DNA from: Longimicrobiales bacterium
Lineage (GTDB): Bacteria; Gemmatimonadota; Gemmatimonadetes; Longimicrobiales; Gaopeijiaceae
Assembly: GCA_965116905.1 (NCBI GenBank)
Contig: OZ220732.1
Location: forward strand, 2,208,001-2,272,000
Direction: 5' to 3'
Length of the DNA stretch: 64,000 nucleotides
Made by a program: the position numbers and the translations under genes. Shown one piece after another: positions 1-9,769 of this stretch (position 1 is its first letter; each line of letters starts with the position of its first letter). The notes below the pieces were generated by a model. That model was not told the origin of the DNA. It ran no database searches and saw only the letters and a program-made list of their open reading frames with translations.

Positions 1-1794
1 GACCGCTACTGGGGGACGCCGCTGCCCGTCTGGGTTTCGGAGGACGACCCCGAGCGGATCGAGTGGATCGGGAGCTTTGAGGAGCTGGCCGAGAGGGCCG
101 GCGGGCTGCCGGAGGACTTCGATCCGCACCGGCCGTTCATCGACGAGATCACCTGGACGTGTCCCGAGACCGGGGCCACGATGCGTCGCGTGCCCGAAGT
201 CGTCGACGTGTGGTTCGACTCGGGGGCCATGCCGTGGGCCCAGTGGCACTACCCCTTCGAGAACCGGGAGCTCTACGAACGCCATTTCCCGGCGGACTTC
301 ATCTGCGAGGCGGTGGACCAGACGCGCGGCTGGTTCTATTCGCTGCACGCGATTTCGACGATGCTGGGCCTGGGGCCCGCCTTCCGCAACGTGATCGTCA
401 ACGACCTCATCCTGGACGCCGAGGGGCGGAAGATGTCGAAATCCAGGGGCAACGTGGTCGATCCATGGGACGCGGTGGCCGACCACGGGGCCGACGGGGT
501 GCGCTGGTACATGGTTACGGTGAGCAACCCGTGGCTGCCCACCCGCTTCGATCCGGAGGGCGTGAAGGAGTCGGCGGCGCGCTTCTTCGACACGCTGCTC
601 AACACGTACCGCTTCTTCGCGCTCTACGCGAACGTCGAGGACTGGGCGCCCGAGGCGGCGCCGGATGTCGTTGACGCGGCGCCGCATTTCGGGGACCGCC
701 CCCCCCTCGATCGCTGGCTGCTGTCGCGTCTGCACAGCCTGGTGACCGTGGTGCGGTCCGAGATCGACGGCTACAACCCGACGCGCGCCTACCGTGCGGT
801 CGCGGCGTTCGTGGACGGCGAGCTGTCGAACTGGTACGTGCGCCGGGCCCGCCCCCGGTTCTGGGGGAACACCGACGCGGGGGACTCGGCGGCGGCCTTC
901 GCGACGCTGCACGAGGCGCTTCGCACGGTCGCGCTCCTGATCGCGCCGATCACGCCGTTCGTGTCCGACTGGCTCCACCGGGCGCTGACCGGACGATCGA
1001 GTCACACCGAGCGGTTTCCGGTGTCCGACCCGGCGATCGTCGACGAGGCGCTGGAGGCCCAAATGGCCGATGTCCGCAGCCTCAGCACCCTGGCCCGGTC
1101 GGCGCGCGAGCAGGTGAGGATCCGGGTGCGGCAACCGTTGGCGCGGATGATGGCGGTGGTGCCCGGAAACGCCCCCGCCGACGATGTCCTCGCGCTCCTG
1201 GTCGACGAGATCAACATCAGGAAGGTGGAATTCACGGCCTCGTCGGACGCGCTGGTCACGCTCGTGGCGCGCCCCGCGTTCCGGGCGCTCGGCCGCCGCT
1301 TCGGCAAGCTCACGCAGGAGGCCGCGCGGAAGATCCGGGAACTCGGTGCGGAAGAACTGGGCGCCGTGCGCGCCGGAGGGACGGTGCGCATCGAGGTGGA
1401 CGGGGAGCCGTACCGGGTGGGTGCCGACGAGATGGAAGTCGTCGAGGAGGCGCGCGGGGAGTGGATCGTGCGGTCGGAAGGGCGCTACACGGTGGCGCTC
1501 GACCCGGGCCTGACCGACGAGCTCCGCCGCGAAGGCCTCGCGCGGGAGCTGGTGAGCCGCGTGCAGCGGCTGCGGCGGGAAGCCGGGCTCGACATCACCG
1601 ACCGGATTCGGCTGGCGGTCGCGGGCACCGGGGCCGTGTGCGAGGCGGCGCGCGAGCATGAGGCGGTGATCGCGCGGGAAACCCTGGCGGCGGTCGTGCG
1701 CGTCGGGCAGGACATGGACGGCGATTGCGAATTCCGGAGCGAGGCGGTGCTCGACGGGGAGGCGGCCGTACTCGGGCTTTCACGCCACTCGTGA
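1..1794 (+). CDS. ileS: Isoleucyl-tRNA synthetase, type 2 (5'-partial)
   Basis: Frame open from base 1 (DRYWGTPLPVW); DVWFDSG, DFICEAVDQTRGWFY and KMSKS motifs; IleRS2-type C-terminus (EGLARELVSRVQRLRREAGLDITDRI) without zinc finger. Confidence 0.97.
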   Translation, partial: DRYWGTPLPVWVSEDDPERIEWIGSFEELAERAGGLPEDFDPHRPFIDEITWTCPETGATMRRVPEVVDVWFDSGAMPWAQWHYPFENRELYERHFPADFICEAVDQTRGWFYSLHAISTMLGLGPAFRNVIVNDLILDAEGRKMSKSRGNVVDPWDAVADHGADGVRWYMVTVSNPWLPTRFDPEGVKESAARFFDTLLNTYRFFALYANVEDWAPEAAPDVVDAAPHFGDRPPLDRWLLSRLHSLVTVVRSEIDGYNPTRAYRAVAAFVDGELSNWYVRRARPRFWGNTDAGDSAAAFATLHEALRTVALLIAPITPFVSDWLHRALTGRSSHTERFPVSDPAIVDEALEAQMADVRSLSTLARSAREQVRIRVRQPLARMMAVVPGNAPADDVLALLVDEINIRKVEFTASSDALVTLVARPAFRALGRRFGKLTQEAARKIRELGAEELGAVRAGGTVRIEVDGEPYRVGADEMEVVEEARGEWIVRSEGRYTVALDPGLTDELRREGLARELVSRVQRLRREAGLDITDRIRLAVAGTGAVCEAAREHEAVIARETLAAVVRVGQDMDGDCEFRSEAVLDGEAAVLGLSRHS

Positions 1795-2810
1795 GTCGGG
1801 AGCCGGGACCGGGCGACGCGGGGTTGGGCGACGCGGCCGAGGGCGCCGGGACTCACGTGTGGCGGGCGGGTGCCGAGGCAGGGGGGCGTCTGGACCTCTA
1901 CCTGGCCGCGAGGCTGGAAATGTCGCGCAGCCGAATCCAGGCGCTGGTGGAGGAAGGACACGTGCGGGTGGACGGTGCCCGCCCGAAGAAGTCGGACCGG
2001 ATCGGCCCCGGACAACGGATCGAGGTCGACGTGCCCGCCCCGGTGCCCCTGGACGCGGCGGCTCAGGACATCCCCCTTGAGATCGTCTTCCAGGACGAAG
2101 ACATCGTCGTCGTGGACAAACAGCCGGGACTCGTCGTGCACCCCGCGCCGGGACACCCCGACAACACGCTGGTCAACGCGCTTCTCCACCACGTTGGAGA
2201 TCTGTCGGGGATCGGGGGGAAGCTGAGGCCGGGAATCGTGCATCGTCTCGACATGGACACGTCGGGGCTGATGCTGGTGGCGAAGACCGACCGTGCCCAC
2301 CAGGGACTCGCGGACGCGCTCAGGGCGCGGGACGTGAAGCGCACCTACCTGGCAGCCATCTGGGGCACCCTGAGCACCTCTCCGACGATCGTCGACCGGC
2401 CGATCGGACGACACCCCCGGCACCGCGTGCGCATGGCGGTGGTTCCGGAGGGCAGGCCGGCCCGGACGCGCTTCCGGCACCTGGAGAGGTGGGCCGCCGC
2501 CAGCATGTGCGAAGTCGCGCTCGACACCGGGCGCACGCACCAGATCCGCGTGCACGCGGCGTCGATCGGCCATCCGGTCGTGGGAGACACGCTCTACGGT
2601 GCCGGCCGGGAGCGCGGCGTCGCGGGGCCCGAGCGCGCGTGGGCGGCGGCATTGGCAACGCGCGCGTCCCGCCAGTTCCTGCATGCGCACAGACTGGAGT
2701 TCGACCACCCGGTGTCGGGTGAGCCCATGGTCCTCGAGTCGGACCTGCCCGATGATCTGGCCGCGGTGAGGGAATGGGCCGTGTCCCGCGGGAAGGGGTC
2801 GGCGCCGTGA
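1791..2810 (+). CDS. rluD: RluA/RluD family RNA pseudouridine synthase with N-terminal S4 domain
   Basis: RLDLYLA S4-like start, VVDKQPGLVVHP, catalytic HRLDMDTSG, TGRTHQIRVH; GTG at 1791 overlaps ileS stop. Confidence 0.92.
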   Translation: MSREPGPGDAGLGDAAEGAGTHVWRAGAEAGGRLDLYLAARLEMSRSRIQALVEEGHVRVDGARPKKSDRIGPGQRIEVDVPAPVPLDAAAQDIPLEIVFQDEDIVVVDKQPGLVVHPAPGHPDNTLVNALLHHVGDLSGIGGKLRPGIVHRLDMDTSGLMLVAKTDRAHQGLADALRARDVKRTYLAAIWGTLSTSPTIVDRPIGRHPRHRVRMAVVPEGRPARTRFRHLERWAAASMCEVALDTGRTHQIRVHAASIGHPVVGDTLYGAGRERGVAGPERAWAAALATRASRQFLHAHRLEFDHPVSGEPMVLESDLPDDLAAVREWAVSRGKGSAP

Positions 2811-3805
2811 GGGCCTGGGTCGGGCTGGCGCTCGCGGTCGCGCTGGCCGGAGGGGCGGCGGGACGCATGGACCGGACGGCGGACCAGGAGGATGGCGCGT
2901 GGCGGGTTCTGGCCGGTTCGTCCCTTGCCGCACGGTACCAGGACGTGGACTCGCTGAGGGCCGCCAGAGCGCTTGCGACGCTGGACGCGCTGGGACAGCT
3001 GCCGGGTCTGCGCCGGACGGGCATGCAGGCCCTGTTGACGGTTGCGCCGACCCGGGAAGTGATGGACTCGCTGGTGGGCGGGAGGCTTCCGGAGTGGGCG
3101 GGGGCGGTGGCGATTCCCGACCGGATGGAGATCATCATTCCGGGCGGGCGGTTCTGGCCCGCCTCTCCCCTGGACGAAGCGCGGATCCTGCGCCACGAGT
3201 GGGCGCACCTGGCCCTCGCGTACGAGATGGGAGACCTGCGAATACCGCGCTGGTTCAACGAGGGATACGCGGAATGGGCGGCGGGCGGCTGGCTCGATGG
3301 CGGGGCCAGAAAGCTGGGCGTGGCGCTCGCCTTCGGGGACGGTCCACCGCTCGACTCGATCACCCTCGGGTGGCCCCGTGAACGCGTGCCCGCGGAACTG
3401 GCCTATCTGCTGTCGGCCTCCGTGATCCAGTACCTGGTGGAGGCCAGCGGGAGACGCGGCCTCGAGCGATTCCTGGCCGAATGGAAGCGCCGGCGGTCAT
3501 ACGACGCGGCGCTCAGGGGCGTGTACGGAGCGACCGCCGCGCAACTCGAATCCGACTGGCGAAAGTGGGTCAAGAGACGGTACGGCTGGCTGATCGTACT
3601 GTCCGATTCCGCGTTGTTCTGGGCAGTTCTCGCCGCGGCGCTCACGGTGATGTTCCTGGTCCGGCGAAGGTATCGCCGCGAGCAGATGGCGCGGCTGCGT
3701 GCCGGAGAGCCGCCGGACGCGCCCCCGTTCTGGATCGTGCCCGGCGAGGGGACTGGAACGGCTCCCGGGGAATCGCCGGTTGACCCGGGCGGACCGTCTC
3801 GGTAG
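2807..3805 (+). CDS. Peptidase MA-like zinc metallohydrolase with C-terminal TM helix
   Basis: HEWAH (HExxH) followed by PRWFNEGYAE; N-terminal signal-like and C-terminal hydrophobic segments; GTG overlaps upstream stop. Confidence 0.8.
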   Translation: MRAWVGLALAVALAGGAAGRMDRTADQEDGAWRVLAGSSLAARYQDVDSLRAARALATLDALGQLPGLRRTGMQALLTVAPTREVMDSLVGGRLPEWAGAVAIPDRMEIIIPGGRFWPASPLDEARILRHEWAHLALAYEMGDLRIPRWFNEGYAEWAAGGWLDGGARKLGVALAFGDGPPLDSITLGWPRERVPAELAYLLSASVIQYLVEASGRRGLERFLAEWKRRRSYDAALRGVYGATAAQLESDWRKWVKRRYGWLIVLSDSALFWAVLAAALTVMFLVRRRYRREQMARLRAGEPPDAPPFWIVPGEGTGTAPGESPVDPGGPSR

Positions 3806-3813
3806 CGTCCGAC

Positions 3814-4008
3814 ATGGCACCAGGACGAAAGACGGCTGCCGCCGAAGCGCCCCTCCGGTTTTCGAAGACGAACCTCTGGTTTGCGCTGGCGGGGCTTGCA
3901 ACGATTGCCGCAGGCTACTATGTGCTGAGCCTGGGGTCCATCACCCTCGCGCCTGTGCTGTTGGTGGTCGGCTACGTCGTGTTCCTGCCCCTCGCGATCA
4001 TTCGGTGA
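3814..4008 (+). CDS. Small two-TM membrane protein (DUF3098-like)
   Basis: FSKTNLWF...GYYVL...ITLAPVLLVVGY pattern; fills the gap in the operon. Confidence 0.7.
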   Translation: MAPGRKTAAAEAPLRFSKTNLWFALAGLATIAAGYYVLSLGSITLAPVLLVVGYVVFLPLAIIR

Positions 4009-5795
4009 ACGGAGCACGGTTTCGGAGCCTCTTCACCGGCTCCGCGCTGCTGATCCTGGCGGCGTCCGCCCTGGCGGCGTCCGCCGACCGAATGCCGGTT
4101 GCTGCGCAGCAGTCCCCGTGGCGCTGCCCCGATCCCGCTTCCCTGGTCGGGGATCTTCGCGGCCCCCTCGCGCACGTGCGCTACCTCGCGGACGACCTGC
4201 TCGAGGGCCGCGCCGTCGCCACGCGCGGCGAGCGGTGCGCGGGCGACTACATCGCGGGGCAGTTTCGTGCCCTCGGCCTTCGGCCCGCGGGAGACGGTGA
4301 CACGTGGTTCCAGGCCTGGATGGTCCGCACCGGAAGCGCGGTCGGGGCCGGGAACGCGTTCGCGCTGACCGGCGCCGAGAATACCCCGTTCGCGCTCGGG
4401 GAGGACTGGACCCCGTACGGCTTCTCCGCATCCACCCGCGTCCGGGCGCAGCTCATGGACGCTCCCGGGGAAACCGGCAAGCCGGATGCCGGCGCCGCGC
4501 ACGGGCAGCTCGAGGGGCGCGTCCTGGTGATCGAGGGCGCGGCGCCCCATCCCCACGCCGCCGCCCCCGACGCGCACCGCGTGGGTTCGAGCGCGGCGAC
4601 GATGGGGGCGGCCGCGTTGATCGTGCTGCTGGACGGCTCCCGGCCGCTCCCGTCCCTTGACGCCGAACGGCGCGCCCCGCTCGCGATCCCCGTCATCGCC
4701 GTGCGGGGGGCCGCCGCCGACCGGGTCCGCGCGGCTGCCGCTTCGGGCTCGTCGGCCAGTATCGCCACGGTGATCGAGCCGGTGAGGCGCGAGGCGCGCA
4801 ACGTCGCGGCCCTCCTTCCCGGCTCGGATCCGGACGGCGGCCAGACGCTCATCATCGGCGCCCACTACGACCACCTGGGGTTCGGCGGTTCGGGCTCGCT
4901 CTCACCCGACGCGGCCGGTGAAGTGCACAACGGCGCCGACGACAACGCGTCGGGGACCGCAGTGCTCGTCGAAGCCGCGCGGGAGCTCGCCGCGGGTCCC
5001 CGGCTGGCGCAGAACGTCCTGTTCATCGCCTTCACGGGCGAGGAACGCGGCCTGTGGGGTTCGGCCCACTACGTCGAATCGCCGCTGCGCCCGCTGGAGG
5101 GCACGGTCGCGATGCTCAACCTGGACATGGTGGGCCGCGTCGCGGACGACCTGCTCACGGTCTTCGGCACGGGCACGGCGGAGGAGTGGACCGGCGTTCT
5201 CGACCGTGCGAACGCCGGCACCGAATCCCCCCTCGACCTGCGGTACAACAGCGACGGCTTCGGCGCGTCGGATCACAGCTCCTTCTACGCGCGGGGGATC
5301 CCCGTCCTCCACTTCTTCTCCAACACGCACCCCGAGTACCACCGGGTCGAGGACGACTGGGAACTGGTCAACGCCGAAGGGATGAGCCGGGTGACCGATC
5401 TCCTGGTATCGGTGACCCGCGAAGTGATTCCGTCGGCAGGCATGGCGTCGCTGACACCCGTGGAGGGCGCCGGGAACCCGCATGGCGTGGCGGGGCCCAC
5501 GGACGGCAGCCCGGCACGGAGCGGCTTTCGGGTCCGCCTGGGGACGATCCCGGACTATTCGCGCGAGTCGGGTGGAATGGGTGTCACGGGCATCCGAGAG
5601 GGGAGCCCGGCCGCGAAGGCGGGGCTCAGGAGCGGCGATATCATCGTGCAGTTCGGCACCCACGCCGTCGAGGACGTCTACGGCTACATGTACGCGCTGA
5701 GCGAACACGAGCCGGGCGACGAGGTGGAAATCACGGTTCTGCGTGACGGGGAGCGAATGGTCTTCACGGCGGTGTTGGCGGCGGGCGGCGGCTAG
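4005..5795 (+). CDS. M28 family peptidase with PA-like and C-terminal PDZ domains, secreted
   Basis: IGAHYDHLG, NGADDNASG, FTGEERGLWGS, NLDMVGR, SDHSSF; PDZ (LGTIPDY..GSPAAKAGLRSGD); GTG at 4005 overlaps upstream stop. Confidence 0.92.
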   Translation: MNGARFRSLFTGSALLILAASALAASADRMPVAAQQSPWRCPDPASLVGDLRGPLAHVRYLADDLLEGRAVATRGERCAGDYIAGQFRALGLRPAGDGDTWFQAWMVRTGSAVGAGNAFALTGAENTPFALGEDWTPYGFSASTRVRAQLMDAPGETGKPDAGAAHGQLEGRVLVIEGAAPHPHAAAPDAHRVGSSAATMGAAALIVLLDGSRPLPSLDAERRAPLAIPVIAVRGAAADRVRAAAASGSSASIATVIEPVRREARNVAALLPGSDPDGGQTLIIGAHYDHLGFGGSGSLSPDAAGEVHNGADDNASGTAVLVEAARELAAGPRLAQNVLFIAFTGEERGLWGSAHYVESPLRPLEGTVAMLNLDMVGRVADDLLTVFGTGTAEEWTGVLDRANAGTESPLDLRYNSDGFGASDHSSFYARGIPVLHFFSNTHPEYHRVEDDWELVNAEGMSRVTDLLVSVTREVIPSAGMASLTPVEGAGNPHGVAGPTDGSPARSGFRVRLGTIPDYSRESGGMGVTGIREGSPAAKAGLRSGDIIVQFGTHAVEDVYGYMYALSEHEPGDEVEITVLRDGERMVFTAVLAAGGG

Positions 5796-5852
5796 CGCCG
5801 GACCCCGGACGACACCGGGGCCGTTTGGCCTTGCGAAACCGGTCTCCGTGCG

Positions 5853-5876
5853 GCAGTATCCAGATGTAGATACTGC
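5853..5876. promoter_or_regulatory. Palindrome GCAGTATC-N8-GATACTGC upstream of the DUF1592 operon, candidate operator
   Basis: Perfect 8-bp inverted repeat in the intergenic region 25 bp before the operon start. Confidence 0.4.
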
Positions 5877-5900
5877 AACCGGGAGGTTATTCTCGCCACT

Positions 5901-8369
5901 TTGACGAGACCTGCCCTCGTCCTGGTACTGACTGCCCTGCTGGGACTTGCCCTTCCCTCCGCGACCGACTCTGCGCGGCAAGCGCCGGAGGTGTTCCGGC
6001 AGGGGCCGGCCGCCGTATTGCCTGCTTCCGCCGCCTCGGCCCCTTCCGGCGCTCCCTCTGCCGACATCGTGCAGGAGTACTGCGTCCGCTGCCACAACGA
6101 GCGTCGCCTGCTGGGCAACATGTCGCTCGAGGACTTCGACGCGGCGAACCCGGTCGCCAATGCGCCGCTCGCCGAGAAGATGATCCGCAAGCTGCGCGCG
6201 GGCATGATGCCGCCGCCGGGGGTCAGGCGGCCGCCGGACGACGAGGTTCTGGCGTTCGTGACGGGGATGGAAGAGACCCTTGACGCCGCGGCCGCGCGGA
6301 ATCCCAACCCGGGCGTCCGCACCTTCCAGCGCCTCAATCGGGCCGAGTACGAACGCGCCGTTCAGGACCTGCTCGGCCTGGAGATCGACGCCTCCGCGTA
6401 CCTGCCCGGCGAAACCGTGAGCGCGGGCTTCGACAACATCGCCGACGTGCAGAATCTTTCCGCGACGCTGCTCGACGCCTATCTCACCGCGGCGAGCGAA
6501 GTGAGCCGGCTCGCCCTGGGCGACGCCAACGCGACTCCCGCCGAAGCGACCTACGAGGTTTCGCGCTACGCCGAACAGCGCCAGCACGTTCCGGGCGCTC
6601 CGTTCGGTACGCGCGGCGGGATTTCGGTCGTCCACAACTTCGTCGCCGACGGCGAATACTATTTCCGGCTGGCGTTCCAGCACGAGTCGACAGGGAACTT
6701 CTTCGGGCAGACCGCGCCCTTCGACGAGGAGGTCGAGGTATCGATCGACGGGGCCCGGGTCGCGCTGATTCCACTGGACCGCTGGATGCACCGCCAGGAC
6801 CCGCGCGGGGTCGAGGTCGTGACCGATCCAATCCGGGTGACGGCGGGGACGCACCGCGTGTCCGCTGCGTTCATCAAGGTCACGGAGGGGCCGGTCGAGG
6901 ACCTGACTTCGCCGCACGAGTGGTCCCTGGCCGACAAGAAGATCGGGTACTCCTACGGGATCACCGGGGTCCCCCACCTTCGCGATCTGACGATCGGCGG
7001 GCCGTACAACGTCACCGGGGTCTCGCGGACCGACGCGTGGCAGCGTGTGATGAGCTGCGTGCCCGCTGCCCCCGCCGAGGAGCCGGCGTGTGCCCGCGAG
7101 ATCATCGACAGGCTGGGCACCCTGGCCTTCCGCCGGCCCGTCACGGAGGCCGAGGTGGGCGGGCTCATGGGCCTCTTCGCCGAGGGGGCCGCCGCGGGCG
7201 GGTTCGACATCGGGGTGAGAACGGCGCTCCAGGGCATTCTGGCGAGCCCGGACTTCGTCTTCCGCTTCGAGGAGCCGGCTCCGGGCGGCATCGATGCGAA
7301 CGGGATGTATCGTCTTGGCGACAACGCCCTGGCGTCACGCCTGTCCTTCTTCCTCTGGGGAACGCTGCCCGACGAGGCGTTGATCGCGGCCGCCGTTGCG
7401 GGTGACCTCTCGCGTCCGGAGGGATTCGAACAACAGGTCGAACGCATGCTCCGCGACCCTCGGGCCGAGGCCGTCGGAGCCCGGTTCGCGTCCCAGTGGC
7501 TGCGCCTCCAGGATCTGGACAAGGTGCATCCCGATGCCCTGCGCTTCCCGGACTTCTACGAGCAGCTCGCCGAGGACATGCGGCACGAGACCGTGATGTT
7601 CTTCAACGCGCTCGTGCAGGAGGACGGGACCCTCGCGGATCTGCTTACGGCGGACTACTCCTACATGAACGAGCGGCTTGCGCGGCACTACGGGATTCCC
7701 GGCATCGCCGGCGAACATTTCCGCCGCGTCGAGTACCGGAATCCACAGCGGCGCGGCGTTCTCGGGCACGGCAGCATCCTGACGCTCACTTCGCACGCCA
7801 ACCGGACCTCGCCCGTGCTCCGCGGGAAATGGGTGATGGAGGTGCTGCTCGGCACGCCGCCGCCGCCGCCCCCGCCCGACGTCCCCGAACTGGACGCGAC
7901 CGCCGATGCGAGCGACGGACGTTTCCTTACGGTGCGCGAGCGCCTCGAGGTCCACCGGGCCAACCCGACATGCAACTCCTGCCACCGCTTCATCGACCCG
8001 ATCGGGCTTGCGCTCGAGAACTTCGATGTCACCGGCGTGTGGCGGGTGCGAGACACGGGCTCGCCGGTCGAGACGCTCGGCGAGCTCTATGACGGTACGC
8101 CGATCCACGGCCCCGACGATCTGCGTACGGCGCTGCTGCGGCGGCCGGAGTCCCTGGTCCGAACCTTTACCGAGAACCTGATGGCATACGCGCTGGGGCG
8201 CAGGGTCGAGCACTACGACATGCCCGCGGTGCGTCGAGTGGCACGTGCGGTGGCTGCGCAGGACTACCGCCTGTCGGCCTTCATCAAGGAAGTGGCGCGG
8301 AGCGACCCCTTCCGCATGGCGAAGTCCGCCGCCGTCGTCGACGAGGCGATGGGCGGCGACCGCAACTGA
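5901..8369 (+). CDS. DUF1592/DUF1588/DUF1587/DUF1585/DUF1595 protein with two c-type heme motifs (copy 1)
   Basis: Signal peptide; YCVRCH and CNSCH; RLNRAEY, LASRLSFFLW, QWLRL, TSPVLRGKWV, YALGR motifs. Confidence 0.9.
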   Translation: MTRPALVLVLTALLGLALPSATDSARQAPEVFRQGPAAVLPASAASAPSGAPSADIVQEYCVRCHNERRLLGNMSLEDFDAANPVANAPLAEKMIRKLRAGMMPPPGVRRPPDDEVLAFVTGMEETLDAAAARNPNPGVRTFQRLNRAEYERAVQDLLGLEIDASAYLPGETVSAGFDNIADVQNLSATLLDAYLTAASEVSRLALGDANATPAEATYEVSRYAEQRQHVPGAPFGTRGGISVVHNFVADGEYYFRLAFQHESTGNFFGQTAPFDEEVEVSIDGARVALIPLDRWMHRQDPRGVEVVTDPIRVTAGTHRVSAAFIKVTEGPVEDLTSPHEWSLADKKIGYSYGITGVPHLRDLTIGGPYNVTGVSRTDAWQRVMSCVPAAPAEEPACAREIIDRLGTLAFRRPVTEAEVGGLMGLFAEGAAAGGFDIGVRTALQGILASPDFVFRFEEPAPGGIDANGMYRLGDNALASRLSFFLWGTLPDEALIAAAVAGDLSRPEGFEQQVERMLRDPRAEAVGARFASQWLRLQDLDKVHPDALRFPDFYEQLAEDMRHETVMFFNALVQEDGTLADLLTADYSYMNERLARHYGIPGIAGEHFRRVEYRNPQRRGVLGHGSILTLTSHANRTSPVLRGKWVMEVLLGTPPPPPPPDVPELDATADASDGRFLTVRERLEVHRANPTCNSCHRFIDPIGLALENFDVTGVWRVRDTGSPVETLGELYDGTPIHGPDDLRTALLRRPESLVRTFTENLMAYALGRRVEHYDMPAVRRVARAVAAQDYRLSAFIKEVARSDPFRMAKSAAVVDEAMGGDRN

Positions 8370-8383
8370 GGAGAGCGAAGAGC

Positions 8384-9766
8384 ATGGAATACATCACGGG
8401 AGCAGCAATCCCCCGCCGTACCTTTCTGAGGGGCGTGGGGGCCACGATCTCGCTGCCGTTCCTGGACGCCATGATACCGGCTGGCCGCGCGCTGGGGACC
8501 GCCGCGGACGGCCCGACGCGGCTGGTGGCGATCGAGATGGTGCACGGTGCGGCGGGGAGCAACGAGTGGGGCCGCGCGCAGAACTACTGGTCCCCCGCCG
8601 AGACGGGCAGGAACTTCGACCTCACCCCGAGCGCCCTCAGTCCTCTCGAACCCTACCGGAAGTACCTGACGATCGTCAGCGACACCGACATCGAGCCCGC
8701 CGAGGCCAAGAAGCCGAAGGAAATCGGCGGCGACCACTTCCGCTCCAGCGCCACGTTCCTCACACAGTCGCACCCGCACCAGACCGAGGGTTCCGACATC
8801 TTCGTCGGCACGTCCCTCGATCAGATGTTCGCACGGCGCTTCGGCCAGGACACCCCGATCCCGTCCATGCAGCTGTGCATCGAGAATGTCGACCAGTCCG
8901 GCGGGTGCGCCTACGGCTACGCCTGCGTCTATACGGACACCATCAGCTGGGCGTCCCCCACCGATCCGCTTCCGATGGTCAGGGATCCGCGGGTCGCCTT
9001 CGACCAGCTCTTCGGGGCCGGAGGCAGTCCCGAGGAGCGGGCGGCGCGCCGCAGGACCAACAGGAGCATCCTCGACTTCATCACCGGCAGGGTGTCGCAT
9101 CTCAAGCGCACCCTGGGTCCGGCGGATCTGGTTCGACTCGACCGTTACCTGGAGCATGTCCGGGAGCTCGAGCGCCGCATCCAGCGCGTGGAGGCACAGA
9201 ACACCAGCGGCGAGGGCCGCGAGTTGCCCGAAGCCCCGGCGGGCGTGCCGGACGACTTCGAGGAGCACGTCAAGCTGATGTTCGACCTGCAGGCGCTGGC
9301 CTTCGCGTCCGACGTGACACGGGTGTTTTCGTTCAAGATGGGGCGTGACTCGTCCGCGCGGGTGTTCCCGGACAGCGGCGTGGACAGGCCCTTCCATCCG
9401 GCGTCGCACCACGGCGGCAACGAGGACAACATCACCGCCTTCTCGCAGATCAACCGGTACCACGTCGGCATGCTCCCGTACTTCCTCGGGCGGCTGGAAG
9501 AGACGATGGAGGGGGATACGCACCTCCTCGACCGCACGATGATCGTCTACGGGTCCCCGATGGGCGACCCCAACATCCACAACCACAAGCGCTGCCCGCT
9601 CTTCGTTGCCGGCGGGGCGAACGGACGGCTGGACGGCAACCTCCACCTGCGTGCGGCCCCCGGGACGCCGATGGCCAACGTCATGCTGAGCCTCGCGCAC
9701 AAGCTGGGGCTGGACGACATGAAGCACTTCGGCAACAGCACGGGCGACTTTTCCCTTACGGTGTAG
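8384..9766 (+). CDS. DUF1552 domain protein with Tat-like signal (copy 1)
   Basis: PRRTFLRG..SLPFLDAM, ISWAS..PLPM..DPRVAFDQLFG, HPASHH, HNH. Confidence 0.9.
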   Translation: MEYITGAAIPRRTFLRGVGATISLPFLDAMIPAGRALGTAADGPTRLVAIEMVHGAAGSNEWGRAQNYWSPAETGRNFDLTPSALSPLEPYRKYLTIVSDTDIEPAEAKKPKEIGGDHFRSSATFLTQSHPHQTEGSDIFVGTSLDQMFARRFGQDTPIPSMQLCIENVDQSGGCAYGYACVYTDTISWASPTDPLPMVRDPRVAFDQLFGAGGSPEERAARRRTNRSILDFITGRVSHLKRTLGPADLVRLDRYLEHVRELERRIQRVEAQNTSGEGRELPEAPAGVPDDFEEHVKLMFDLQALAFASDVTRVFSFKMGRDSSARVFPDSGVDRPFHPASHHGGNEDNITAFSQINRYHVGMLPYFLGRLEETMEGDTHLLDRTMIVYGSPMGDPNIHNHKRCPLFVAGGANGRLDGNLHLRAAPGTPMANVMLSLAHKLGLDDMKHFGNSTGDFSLTV

Positions 9767-9769
9767 GCG

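Noticed and set aside
5869..5896. Degenerate site GATACTGCAAC-CGGGAG-GTTATTCTCGC
   Set aside because: Right arm is off-consensus and the spacer is simply the ribosome-binding site.
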